This document shows, one piece after another, positions 12,801 to 26,113 of a stretch of 64,000 bases of DNA (its first letter is position 1; each line of letters opens with the position of its first letter). This DNA is from Phoronis australis (lineage: Eukaryota > Animalia > Phoronida), in contig NMRA01000411.1 in NCBI GenBank assembly GCA_002633005.1, forward strand, positions 291,083-355,082. Reading direction: 5' to 3'. The notes below the pieces were generated by a model. It saw only the letters and a program-made list of their open reading frames with translations. It made no database searches and had not been told where the DNA came from. The translations under genes and the position numbers were made by a program.

Positions 12801-15800
12801 AAAAACATGGTGGGCTGACCATCCTTGATGACTTACAACCATGGAATCTGTTCACATGGGTATGGGTTTGTGAGATGGTGAACGGCATTTTTGAGCGTAT
12901 AAAACATGTCTTGTGAGTTCAGAGTTGTGTTTGGCCGTCGTTGAGCTGTGTTTTGAGCTAATGAACGTGACCCATGAGTTGTGTTTTCAAGTGAGGAACC
13001 GTGCTCCTGAGTGCGACATTCGTGTGATGTTCCCGCTCATTTAGGGTTTCGACTAATAACCCTGAAGGAGATATTTTAAAAGGAGATCGGAATGAATGTG
13101 TTTCATGTACTTGTCTGTGTGTGCATTTGTTCGTATTGGATACTAGGTATGGAACATGAATATTCATGAGATGTCGATGTAAGTAAAAATTGCATTTCAG
13201 GAAATTCAATGACGCAGTCAAAGATGTTTCGTAAGCCTCGCGTCGTGCATTTACATAACAACTATATATCAAAAGACACCATTTGCAACTCAGTGCTTCG
13301 ATTGTGAAATTATTTTCGCTGTGAAACCCAAAGCGCTTTTTTGAAAGCTTGTTGATTTCCTTGTGTACCATAATTGCTGTGCTGAAGTCAAAAGTAGATG
13401 GCTGGCAGAACTTGATCTATGCACATTTTATTGAAATGGATAAAAAATGAGAACATTGAGACGTCTGCTTCTTAAGGCTATTGATTGCTGAGCTTAGATT
13501 AGTCTGACATGTCTGCGTGCACAGCCAATCACGTTTAGCCTACTTTCGGCCAATCATCACAGTCCATGTGAGTCTGAGCAGGCCTGTCTCGCAACATGGC
13601 TGCACAGGGAAGTGGTGGTTCACATGTCTCGCTCAGGTAAGGTTGAGGAAAGTCGCTAGTACACGAGTAGTTATTATTAGATTATGCCCAGGGGTCGTGC
13701 CCTGTCTGGGCCATGTCGGGTGGCATACTGATAGCTGGGCTTTGCACTGAACTGGCACTGTTAACCTTCTTTTTTAGCATTCCCTTTGTCCTCATATCTA
13801 GGGCTGCTAGTTCACTGTAGTTGTAGAGAACAGTTGCCCTAGTTTATTGTTATCCGTCCTTAATGCGTGTCAAGTTTTGTTTTTGTCGTCACTGATGTCT
13901 AGTTGTATGGTGTGTGTTGGTTAAACGTTTTGTGGTTATTAGGATAATCTCGGTTTCTTGTAGTTGTTTGACATCTTGTTATAAAAAATCCACCGCTTAT
14001 CATGCCGGCTCGAAACCTTCACGCCATATCAGAAAAAAAGTTCATAAGCCAATGAAAAGCCGTCTAACAGCGCATGCGAAGGCTGGCGAACCTTGTCGCT
14101 GAAGTAAAAGATCATTTTGTCTACTGGTCTAAATCCACGAGAATGTCTAGCCTTTTTTTTATTGACACAGGGAACCTTCTCATTTTGCATGCCGTCTGAC
14201 CTGTCTGGAAATGGCATGCTGGGAGATTGGTTGTCTTCAACTCTTGTCGTGATAATAGACATGCGCTGAATGTCTAGCTCTGCTATGTAAAGTTAGGGCT
14301 ATCAGCATATTTTGCGAGCTACAGACATTAATATATCTGATTTAAACAACCGGGTTTAAGATGTGTTTCGCATGCTAAGGTTTTTACAATGAGCCTTGAT
14401 TGTGTCTGGACTGGGTTTTTTATGTTCATTTTTGCTAAGGAATGGCCGTATAGAGTAAAATATCACTCACGTATATCTCCAGTATCTGTCAGTCGGGATA
14501 AATATATTCTTATCAGGCGATGTAGTCGGTGTGTCCATAAATTTTATTGATTCTGAGAAAATTAATTAACTGTACTGTGTTACATGCGTGAGGTTAAAAT
14601 ACGGATTTACGTGCTAAATTTCAGTTTCAAGACAGAAGGTGTAGCTATTAGTTGCTAACATAATTTTGTGGTGTTGAATGAAGGAAATTCTTATTTTTTT
14701 TTGTTTTTACAGCACTGTAATTGGGATACATTGGAAAACTGGTCTTGTGATTACTTTCATTAAAATCTTAAGTTGTGTTCTTATAGTTTAATTTGCGTGT
14801 TAAAAGTGAGTAGGCATGCTCAGTATCAATCCACAATTGTTATTGTTTATTTATAATATTATTTTTCTGTTTACTTATTGAATTTGTACTGTCACGTCGC
14901 CCCACTTTACATTTTTAAAGTGTCCTTTCAATGTTTAGCCCGCGTTTTAGGCAAGTGGTGAAGTAGCAAGGGATGGTGAATGCTTTGATTATACTGTAAA
15001 CCATTGTCAATGCTTTCAGACAGAATCACAGATGACTTTAGATATTGCAAGTGGTTTCTTTATATGTATATGTATCTGTGTAAATGCGTTCATTAAAGCG
15101 TTCATCAATACCTTGCTGCTTTAATGTTACACTCCTTTTTCCTTGGTTTCGTGCAGTCATTGGGCACAAAAATAGACATGTTACTGGGAAGTAGAGTCAT
15201 ATTTTATCAAAAATAGAATGTACATTATGTGTACGCAGACGGTTGAGTGGATATCTGTGGGCGGACTGTTGGCTCTTCTTGGAGTTGACAGGGCCTGCTT
15301 TATATGAGGTTAGACTGGTTTTGGTAATATTTTCTTCTGGAAATAATTCGGATAAAAATACTGTTTTTGTAGAAGTCTTCACCTTGGTATTGAATCTGTA
15401 AAAAGTCGGGATTACAAGAAAAAGTTTCGAGCTTAAGGTATTGTTTTCTTGTTTCTTTTGCTGAAATTCATCACGTAACAAAAATGTTATTGAAGTTGCT
15501 TGACCCGATTTCAGGGAATATGAGGGTTGAAATTTAAATTCAAACATTTTTGCCTGTTACGCATCAAAATGATCGTGATCTCTCTCATCATCGTACAAAA
15601 TTCCGCAAAGCTTGGATTTTTGTAACAATACTGGCAGAAAGTTGTAATCAAATGCCAATGACATCAATGTCTGTGTCGTGAAAAACCCCTGAAAACACAA
15701 AATCATATCTAATTTCAATTCCAAATATCTCAAAACCAAATTTATCGAATGTATACTTTTATTTGTTTGGAAAAAATCTTGTTACTCAGTTCCTTGAAAC

Positions 15801-18800
15801 ATGTGGTATCAAATTTATTGAAAGGTTTCTTGGTGCTTCTACCTTGGCAGTTTTACTCAGTCTGTGCCCAGCAGACATTAACTCTGGTATCCTAGCAACC
15901 TCTACACCTATGCTGGATATAGTTCTAGTCCATGGCTTACCTGTGCCAGTTTCCAACACTGTCAATACTTCTGGCCATAGAATTGTCCACTGTCTGTGCA
16001 TGGTTCAGTCGTCTGTCTAGACAAGATCAATAAAATGCTATCTGGTTTTTAACAGCAGGGGTTTTTAGTCTCCTTCCCTCTGAATTTGGCTAGTCAGCGT
16101 TTTTGTGTCCGCCTATTGTTAGATTTTAAAAAGATTTGATTTTTTAAATTGTTTATGTGTTAGTGCTAGCATAGTACGACTATTGCCGGAATTGCAAAAT
16201 TTAGAAGTGGTTTATTAGGTAGTATGACGATTTGAACTAGCCGACTGCGGTTCTTAGGTTATTTGTGGTCTGACCTCGTGGTAACTTTGTCAAGCGTAAC
16301 TACATTGCCTATGTCAGTCTAACTGATTGAGACAGAAATAAGTCGTGGCACCACGCAATTCAAAGGGAGTAAGTTATAAATTATTTTTCAAATTCTTTCT
16401 TTAAAAAATTGAGAAGCAGTGAAGAACCATGTTTGAGTAAGGCAAACCTTCTTTGCTTTGGAACAAGAAATAGTTGACAAAACAGCTATTTTTTCAAAGG
16501 ATATTTAATGCTCGACATTGTGCCAAGTGTTAGATGACATCTGTATTGTGCCAAGCGTGGTAGCAAGAAAAAAACTGGTTCATGTATTTTGAGATAGTTG
16601 GATCATACAGTTAGTTCATCGTGTCTGCCATACAGCACGCTAATTATATAAAATTTATTCCATACCAAAATCCTATTCTAAAATTTATATTGTTGCTGTA
16701 TTATTCTACATCTGTTAGTGTCTGAGCATTTTAGAAAAGCATCAGATTTTCCAAATACAGACATCAGACAGGTTCGTAGGTTTAACATCCTGTACAGGTG
16801 GGTTATTGATTTTTATCCATCGTTGTATGTCAAGGTTCAGTGGCAAGGCGGACCGACCACCGTATTGAATTGGTCAGACATCAAGCAAACACTCGGATGT
16901 GTTTCACATCTGGTAGACTTGAATAAATTTGCTTGTGGATTTAGTCTATATGAAGGGAGTGTGTCAATAGAGTGATTATGGCTGAATGCAGTTCTTGAGT
17001 GGAGTGGCCCTCATTTACAGAGGATTTATACATGTCAGCATTTGAAACTGTCAGACTGTTGAAAACTTGTTACCATGCCGCTTGGCCAATTTCAATGCCT
17101 CCTTCCTCCATTTACTTAGTAGCCAGACACTAGCGTGTGTTATCTTACTCGGTTCGATCATGTCCACATCTAACTAAATGCTGTATTTACAAGCATGACA
17201 TCACTGCCATAATGGGGGGGTCAGAACCAACAGCGAGCAACCATCTCTGCTTTTGATAATTGCTTTACTTTTTTTGGCTTCTCCAGGGTCCTCACTCACT
17301 TGGCCTTTTGAGAGTTTTTGGACTTGATGAGGGGAATTTAACGCAACTTTAAAATGTTTTTCAGAGTGGAATGAAGCCGATATTGGACCCCAAATTTCGA
17401 GGCACCAATGGCCGTGTTTCCTTTTTTTTTGTAAATTATCTCCTTGCCAGTCTGGGTGTACTCCTGAAATTTCCACACCTTGTTTGGCAGCTCCAGGTGA
17501 GCTGACTCATGGATGAGATGGTCTCGCCACCTGGTGACCAGTACCCTTTTCCCAAATGATTGCCAAAACAATTGCCAAGATTGACCATTCTTCATTTTCA
17601 AAAGGCCGTCTAACACTGTTGTCCATGTGATCTCTCAAAATATCATCTAGTGGTAGCAATTGTATAGAACGTGAAACGATAAAGTATTTAGTTGACGTCC
17701 CTATCTACGCGTAATGTATCCTTTGTGAAATAGTGAACTAAAACTAAATTTTCTTTGTGTGTGCCATAATGTGCCCTAAAGTGAGATATGTCCAGCTGTA
17801 TACATGTCATTTTACATGTGGTTTGACACGAGTTGTTTAAATGCTGCCTTTTTCATCCTCTTTAATTGAATACTGAGACATGAAACTGGCCTCAAAGGAC
17901 AGTCATTTTTTGTATCTAAGTTTCTCCTTATAAGGCAGATCACGTGAGGGTCTTTTGTGTCTGAGTTTTATTTTTTTCTCAGCTACGTGATTCTGTTTGT
18001 TGCACATAGAAAAAATAAGAGCATGACTCACCGGCAAGTGCCTTTGTGTGCTCTGTTTCCGGTCCTCTGATGTTGGAAGTTTCAGTGTTTTCAACCACAA
18101 AAACAGTCATCAGTTTCTGGTTGCAGACACTTCACACTGTGAGTGATGCATACATTTTTAAGATAATTTATCAACGATATAATCTTTTTTTTTCAGACTG
18201 GGGATTTTTTAATCCTGTGAAATACAGACTGAGGTTGTCAACCCCCCTTTGTGCTTCACTGGATCGTTGGGATGCCTGAACCAATTTAGTCACTGTTAAT
18301 TCGGATTTGGTATCAAATACATCCATTAAAACAAAGGTAATGTTGCTGCTGTCTATATATTAGTTTAACACCCATGCTTATATGTTTGAAATATCTTTCA
18401 GAAATGGTTTGCTCTGGTATTCATTTGCTCATTAACTTCATGTCCCTTGTTCAAGTGCATACCTTAAACGGGTTTTGTGTGTTTTCTATTCTTTGTAATT
18501 TTCAGGTAACTCCTATCTTGATGCTGTCAGATTAAAGTACAGTAAGAGTAATCCAGCGGATTGACTTGTGGTTTTCTGATCCTCCTGAGTTACCTGCCTG
18601 GCAACTCCAGATGGTCCATCACCTCAGTATAATGTTATGTGAAAAGCCCTGGATGATACCTCGGGTGGTTGTCTTTCATATAATAGGAAGGTGGCGCCGT
18701 TGCTCGTTCAAAATCCAGACCAGTGCAATACCTGGGTTACCATGGTTACTCTAGAATATATCAAACCATGAAAAGCCCTTTCCTTAAGTATTCTACTTTA

Positions 18801-21235
18801 AGCTGACCAGAGGAGACGTCATGGAGCTAAGCAAATTACCTACCCTGACATGTTGGTGGCCAGTCCTTACCTACTACTGTGGGCGAGTACTAGTGTAGCA
18901 CATGGCTAGTAAATTTTTTAATTTTTTGGATCTCGAAATTCTTGATTTGGCTAGTGTTTCAAATTCTTGTTTGTTAACTAGTTGATTTGTGAAGTGTTGA
19001 TATTTTGTTGACTAGCTATTTCCAGGTCTGTATCTTGCTATCTTGCTAAAGCAAACCCGTAGATCCGAACTGGTGTCTTTGTAAATCACAAGCTCGTATC
19101 TATGGGTCTGCCGAGGCATGGCTGTCTTCGATTTTTTTTCCGGCTTACGGATCGCTTGCACACCGTCGACCAGTTGACAATGCCTCAACTTATTTCTATG
19201 TCAGTCCTTCCCATGGTGTGTGGCTACTTGACCTTGTGGTATGAGGATTACATCACAGTTCACTTCTTGGTTGGGCTTCTGCACAAGAGGATTGTCAAGC
19301 TTCTTTAGCTCCATCTATTGTCAGCCTAAAGGTCTTTTCCTGTGCTGAGTTGAAGTCTTATATCTGGCCCAGGTTTTTTGAGTTGACAGCATGGTAACAA
19401 GTGCTGCCACCTGTGGTGAGGTAGTCGGTTGCGTAGTTGCATTACACCCTCTTGGAGAACTATGCAATCTTCTAGCTTTCCTCGTTGGCAGACTGTCCAT
19501 CAGACCTGTTACATGTCTTCCAGTTCTTGTTATGTCTGGCTGTCTTATTGATTTTTCATTTACCCTTACTGTATGCTAGAAGTCTTGGCGAAGGCAGGCA
19601 CCGAACAGTGGCTGGTGTTTTGTTGGGTAGTGTTGTCGCTTGGTTAGGATACAGACGTGAGCAACTTAATGAGTCTGTTTCTTCTTTTGTGTTAAGCCTA
19701 GATTCTGAGGGCTTAAATGGGTGGTGTCCAGGAAGTGTTTTGCATGTTCAGCAGGATCACGCTGGTCTTCGTTCATGCCACGAGAATAGCATAAACAGGT
19801 GGTGCTACACGAAGCTTAGGCTAGAGGAGGTGCTTTCCCCCAGCGCGGTCTCTTAAGACATCAAAGGAATTCTGGCGACAGCATAAGGTACGCCACAGTT
19901 AATTGAGTGGGTAAATCTTCGATAGGAAGTAGTGGGCATGTAATTATTTCCACCAGATAAAGCTTATTGCATTGAAAACACAAAAGGTATGGTGGTATGG
20001 TAATGCGCTGTCTTTAGGGGGTGGGGGAGGGTAAATGCAACTTATAAGCCTGTCGAAATTGGCAACATCACCATTCGTTCAGAGATAGATGGCATGGTAG
20101 AAGTGGAATATGTAATACTGTACGAGATTGTGAAAATTCAATTAAACAGTTGTTATATCGTGTGGAATAAATATTCTCATATAAGGGAAAGGTGCCTTAA
20201 AAATTATTCTTTGGTACAGAGTATCCTTATTGTCTGCTTATTTGAAAGGGATATCTCTGTGTATGGGTAACGAGGTCAGCAGGCTGGTCATGTAGATAGT
20301 ACATAAGTTAACTTGCAGCACAGCTTGATGAACTTTTAAAGAGGTTGTAGTGATGAGGAAGAGTGGTAGAAACAAAGGAGGGCACCTAGGGGGCAATTGT
20401 GTGGGAAATGTACGGTAAAATCGCAGCAGTTTCAGACAAAAATAATTGCCAAAATGGCACTTTTCAATTTTCAAGTGTTGCTAACATTGTGAATGGTATT
20501 TTTTCATATTATCTGATGATGGCTATGGTATAGTACTTAAATATGGAAAAGTGTCGTGGAAGAAATCAAATCAAATTTGATGTCGGCCATGTTGTGTCAT
20601 AAATCTGAAAGAGTTTTACCCTCTAGGGGCAGCTGCAGCTCTTGTAACTTTCACGGCCAGATTACTGCCAAGATGGCAGCGCATTTTTTAAAATAAAATT
20701 CTTTTTGTTGAAAGGGTTTGCTTGTTTTACAGTTAAAGTGACAGTAAATTAGAGTATCGCTTAAATAGTCCAAAAGCCATGTCATGAAATCAAATCTCTT
20801 TTGTGAAGGTACAAAAAATGAAAGGTAGGGCTGTGTACACAATGCCTATGCCAAGTCAAGATGGTAAAGAATGCATTATGACGACCTTATGTGCTTGTCA
20901 GTTTTTTCCGCGTCGGCAATCCACTCTGGTGTGGTAAAACATTGGTACTGGCGCTGTCTTAATGGAACTAACTTTGATATAATATGGTAATCACAGTACC
21001 AGTGAACACTGAATCACGAGACAAGTACAGCATTGGTGGGTAGTTACCACAGAATCAAGAGTGTTGTGGTATTTAGGACGAGTCTATTGATTTCTTTTTC
21101 TCAAAATAAATTCCACTTACTTTCCCATTATGTTCGTGTTATAAGTCGATTATGGGTGTGTTGACCACAGATTGTTCTATTTTCAGAGAGTATGTGCTTC
21201 CATATGCAGTCACTGGTGCTGGATGCTGCAAAGTC

Positions 21236-21331
21236 CTTTACGAGATCCCTAAAGTGATTGATTCTTTCAAAAGCGTTTACAAGATCCCTGAGACCGATTC
21301 TTTCAAAAGCCTTTACAAGATCCCTGAGACC
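21236..21331. repeat. 36 bp minisatellite, ~2.6 copies
   Basis: Unit GATTCTTTCAAAAGCCTTTACAAGATCCCTGAGACC. Confidence 0.85.
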
Positions 21332-22913
21332 CTAACTTGTGCGGATTATAAGTCACAGGTTAGGTGCTTAGGGCCCTGAGTAAATGGCCTAAACATCGAC
21401 ACTCTCACGTACTGTATTGCCACGTGTACCAGGATATCTTGATCAGTCATCGAGCTGCTAAGTTAAGTAAAATGCGCATCCACTATCATTGAACTTTCTC
21501 TTGTGTCACGCACATCATAATGGTGAATGATAAAATATTAGATAACTCATTTTCATTATGAGATGCATAAAAGTTCAGATAGTCGATTATGGTAATTCCC
21601 CACTTATTTCAAACAAAAATCATCACCAAAATTTTTGATTTTCCATTTTTAAAAGGCTGATAACTCAATTGAACTGTGTTAGTTGTAGACTACGATGTTC
21701 TAAATCTTTGTGAAAAATTTTGACAAAATAGAATTTCACTTGTCGTCCATCTTGTGTGCTAAGTAAGTGAATAATTACCATAAGTAGTTCCTACATTGAA
21801 AGTATTTGCGCGCAAGTGGACCAGAATGCATGCATCCCCCAGCCCAAAGACTTACAGAGTGAGATTATCGCTCATTCATGGACTTGGCCAAATGTGTATT
21901 GGAGGAGATAATTGCAGGGGTAACCAATGTGCCTGTTGAGCGAATTAGTTTCAAAGACAAAAAAGAACAACGAGCAACATTACTGTTTTTAAAGTTGGAG
22001 GGTAGATATTAGCCGTCGTCGAATTTTCAAATCGATTCATTATGAGAGAATTTGTGAATCAATTAGAAGAGGTTAGTCACAGTCTGGCGTAGGCACACTT
22101 CTAGTGTTGAGGTGACAAAAGGCAAAATGTTAGCGTACGAGTTGTCTCATGTCGTACTGCAGTCTGATTGGCTACTCTCATGTGAACGTCGTAATATATC
22201 GGTGAACCCTCAGCCTCACTAAATTGACAGCAGCTATTTAAGATATTATGAGAGAGGGATAGTGTGCGTGACAAACCATTTGTTGTGTATTTTGATTAAA
22301 ACGGAGTACAAAAGTTTTTGATACTGAGGTATTAGTGTTTTCCCAGATATTTGAGGCCTATATAGAAGCAAGAAAAGTGAACTGACTCAACTCATTCAGC
22401 TCATCCATGTTGAATTTCTTAGACGAGACTCGTCATATGGATGGTTGACAACACAATATTCAAGAAATATTTAACGCCAAAATCGTCCATGTTGTAATCT
22501 TCAGGATTAAGAAAATTCAACTCTTGCTTGGAATTTTTGTGTCTCAGATTTTAGCGACTGTACAACTCTGCAGAAGCTTTGGTGTAAGTATCTATGCTAC
22601 TTACGGTATAGTATGGAGTTGAGATGTATTGCATTACGTACAGTATGCGATGTGCGGTGTATGGGATAGACTCACTGGTCATCCTCAGTTGACTCGTGTC
22701 TAGTTGAGATAGTTGTATGATATCATAGAACTGTAAATTCACGCCGTTGTACCTAAAGTTGCAGAAGTTCTTTCGTAACAACAAAGTATGCAAATTAATT
22801 TTCTGCACTGCTCATTAATGACACTGCTAATTTAAACATTTTTCCTATGACTGGCTAGATTCATTTTTAATACACTGTGTAAAAGAAAAAATGTACAAAC
22901 TTAAAATGTACAA

Positions 22914-22919
22914 TTTATT
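22914..22919 (-). terminator. Candidate poly(A) signal of TMEM145
   Basis: AATAAA on the minus strand in a U-rich context with a downstream T-rich tract. It lies near where the strand base skew appears to flip. Confidence 0.4.
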
Positions 22920-23344
22920 TAACTTCCAAATTCTTCTAAACATTCACAATATAACTTGTGAAAATGTAAATTTTCAAAAAAAACCCTGCTATTTGCTTAC
23001 AAAAACAATAAATTAAAATGTTACGACATATCACTCAAACAATTTCGAGAAAACAATGTTAAAAAAACGTCCCCCTTGCAAACTGTTGTCCCTTGCACTT
23101 AGCTTGTACCACGTAAACAGTCAATTACACCTTATAGAATTAAGCAGTCATACAGTTAGCTTAGCTTAATGTATTTTGACATACATCCTGGAATACACGG
23201 CGACACTTGAATCTCGCTGTAATGGTGTAATCACCTGTCGGACGCATTAGGTGCTTCGTTTTCGTACCACTAGAGTTTCACGTTATTTGTTGCTGTCCGA
23301 TTCTTTACACGTTTTTCTCTGTTGCATTACTCTATTCGTCCTTC

Positions 23345-23610
23345 TTGCCAACAAAGTATTACTGCTGTGCTATAGGCTGCAACTCTGACGTGAGAAAGTT
23401 TGATAAATTGGACAAATATCTGAGGATGCGTGATCTGAAGTTCTTTGTTTATGCCGACAACAATGAGAGACACGAAAATGTGTCTGATTTGAAAAAACAA
23501 AATGAGGTCACGTGCTTTCGTATCTCCGGAACAAAGTATAGTTCTATCGCCGTCAATAATCCGGGACGGCCCTACTCTTGAAAATGCTCTTTCCCAATTT
23601 CAGTCAAGAC
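23345..23610 (+). pseudogene. Decayed THAP zinc-finger domain (transposon relic)
   Basis: (TTG)PTKYYCCAIGCNSD...LKFF matches the THAP N-terminal MP..CC..GC.N..F pattern. After frameshifts, DGPTLENALSQF resembles the THAP C-terminal G.PT..NP.PT.F box. There is no ATG and no intact CxxHF. Confidence 0.55.
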
Positions 23611-24415
23611 ACACTGTAATTACCACCACTTCGTTCATGAATATTTCAGTTACACATGAAAAGAATCAGTACGTGGACACCCAAACCAGTCGAGATTGGG
23701 CAGTCCGACCAGTTTGCGTACCTCGAAATCTGCCGGTGTTGATCAAAGGCACCATGCTGTTGTAATTAATTATATCACCCCAAGCTGCTGATGTTATCGT
23801 TCTCTACATAATCAGACCCATCATAAACACACTGGGGGCAACAATAGTATTTTTAAATTTTCAGTTTTGAAAGTTTGTAAACAGCATATTTGAATACTTT
23901 GTGAAAAGTACATGTGATTAGGTTGTTGAAATTTGAAAATTGGTCAAGAAATATGACTTTTACAACCTAAAATTTTGTTTAATGTTGCAATAATATGTTC
24001 CCCATTAATTCTGCTGGATGTGCAACATAGTTGGGCCAATTACCAAACCACCAGGCAGCAGTTGGATTTTGAGGTAAGTCACGTGTCATCGTACAACTCC
24101 TGGCATGATACAGAGTGTCCTGGGACAGCCAAGCCAGCAGACGGAATTCGTACCAAGTTTTCGACATAGACATCAGAATCCAATAGTCTGACTCGGCACA
24201 CAGTACTAACAGATCAGATAAAATCCTTTACCAAAGCGACGCAGACCAAACCTCTGAACCAAATGATTAGACTTGACTGTAAACGCTGTCGCTTGAGATT
24301 AGACTACGCACTGGGACATACTGCAATTTGCATGACAATTGCCCGGCATATTTACGTGTCTGTCCAATGACTTGTTCGTCCTCACCTTTGTTTCTGTTCT
24401 TGTCCAGTAGAGTAA

Positions 24416-24558
24416 CCAGACCCTCATGGTATCAATGGACATAGCCAGACCCTCATGGTATCAATGGACATAGCCAGACCCTCATGGTATCAATGGGCAT
24501 AGCCAGACCCTCATGGTATCAATGGACATAGCCAGACCCTCATGGTATCACTGGATAT
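24416..24558. repeat. 29 bp minisatellite, ~5 copies
   Basis: Unit CCAGACCCTCATGGTATCAATGGACATAG, head-to-tail with no spacers. Confidence 0.95.
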
Positions 24559-24774
24559 GTACACACTTACTCTGGATTACTACTTTGTGAACGTAATAAT
24601 ATAATATTGCGTTTTGCTTAATTACATTCAACATCAACTTCCAAAGATTTGATGAACTGATTTCTGTCACATTTGTGCAGTCACTTGCAATTTTGCATCA
24701 CTTTCAGAAATTGGAATTCAAATTCCGATGCCCTTTGCATTTCCTGTTATTGCGAACAACTTCAGCACGTGAAC

Positions 24775-25891
24775 GAATATCTTGCACACTCCTCGCTTCA
24801 CTGTTCACTACTGCCCATGGCCGTCAAACTTCATGCAAATCTGTTTGAATTTCTGTTACCATTTACGTGTGGAAACTGGTATTCATTCACCTGGAAATAT
24901 AGGGAAGACTGCGTGTATGAATAGCAATTCACTACAACATGAATGTCTGGAACTGTTAAAGTGGCTTACTGTATGCGATACCTGTGTTTTACACTAACAA
25001 TACCCAATGGAACCAAAATATCTTAAAGCACAGTATGTTTTCAGGTTAAGTCTGCGAATAAGGGATAAAAAGGGTTTCCGACTGTTTGATAGTCCACAAC
25101 TCAAATGCACTAGATGCTAATCTCAGAACCCTTACACGAAACTTTAATTGGGAGCAGTAGACAGTATTCTTAACTTGTCCTCATTATGTTGCTAGGTCAG
25201 TTACTGTATCTATGTTCAGTTGAGAGTAGAGTTTTGTTCCGAAAGTACGAACGTAACGGAATAAAGACTGAACAATGAAAAGTGTCGTGCATTTAACAAA
25301 TTCTGTATAACCGAAAACTTGCTCCCGAAGTANGAATATCTTGCACACTCCTCGCTTCAATATTCACTACTGCCCATGGCCGTCAAACTTCATGCAAACC
25401 TGTTTGAATTTCTGTTACCATTTACGTGTGGAAACTGGTATTCATTCACCTGGAAATATAGGGAAGACTGCGTGTATGAATAGCAATTCACTACAACATG
25501 AATGTCTGGAACTGTTAAAGTGGCTTACTGTATGCGATACCTGTGTTTTACACTAACAATACCCAATGGAACCAAAATATCTTAAAGCACAGTATGCTTT
25601 CAGGTTAAGTCTGCGAATAAGGGATAAAAAGGGTTTCCGACTGTTTGATAGTCCACAACTCAAACACACTAGATGCTAATCTCAGAACCCTTACACGAAA
25701 CTTTAATTGGGAGCAGTAGACAGTATTCTTAACTTGTCCTCATTATGTTGCTAGGTCAGTTACTGTATCTATGTTCAGTTGAGAGTAGAGATTTGTTCCG
25801 AAAGTACGAACGTAACGGAATAAAGACTGAACAATGAAAAGTGTCGTGCATTTAACAAATTCTGTATAACCGAAAACTTGCTCCCGAAGTA
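24775..25891. repeat. 558 bp tandem duplication split by a single N (probable assembly overlap)
   Basis: 24775-25332 and 25334-25891 are near-identical; the N at 25333 is at the junction. Confidence 0.9.
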
Positions 25892-25921
25892 GAGTCTGTC
25901 CTCGTACCGGGGATCGAGAAG

Positions 25922-26113
25922 CTAAAATGTGCACACCTTTCCATTCATGTAATTGTTCATTCCTTTTTCTGTTGTGAATATTCCTGAGAAGTTTTTCTCC
26001 ATTCCAGTTTCGTCTTCAAAATCAGGCGAAGTTGATGGATAGTCCGCCATGGCAGTGGCTGACGACTGAGATGTGTCTGAGCCACTCTCTGACGGAGGCG
26101 TCACAATGCCGAT
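25922..26113 (-). CDS. TMEM145: TMEM145 coding exon 12 (probable last; cytoplasmic tail)
   Basis: TTTCAG| IGIVTPPSESG...KNFSGIFTTEKGMNNYMNGKVCTF*. A possible donor AAG|GTGTGC after 25937 makes the 3' end uncertain. Confidence 0.75.
   Translation of the reverse strand: MGIVTPPSESGSDTSQSSATAMADYPSTSPDFEDETGMEKNFSGIFTTEKGMNNYMNGKVCTF

Noticed and set aside
7000-16100. Apparent abundance of Smad-type GTCT/AGAC sites (GTCTAGAC at ~8520 and ~16015)
   Set aside because: The motif is very short and enrichment cannot be established without counting against background.
24416-24558. 29 bp repeats as a CRISPR array
   Set aside because: Units are contiguous with no unique spacers, the context is eukaryotic, and no cas genes are present.
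24775-25891. 558 bp tandem duplication giving twin ORFs 24782..24997 and 25341..25556
   Set aside because: Same single-N junction artefact; the ORFs have no ATG start or recognisable domain.
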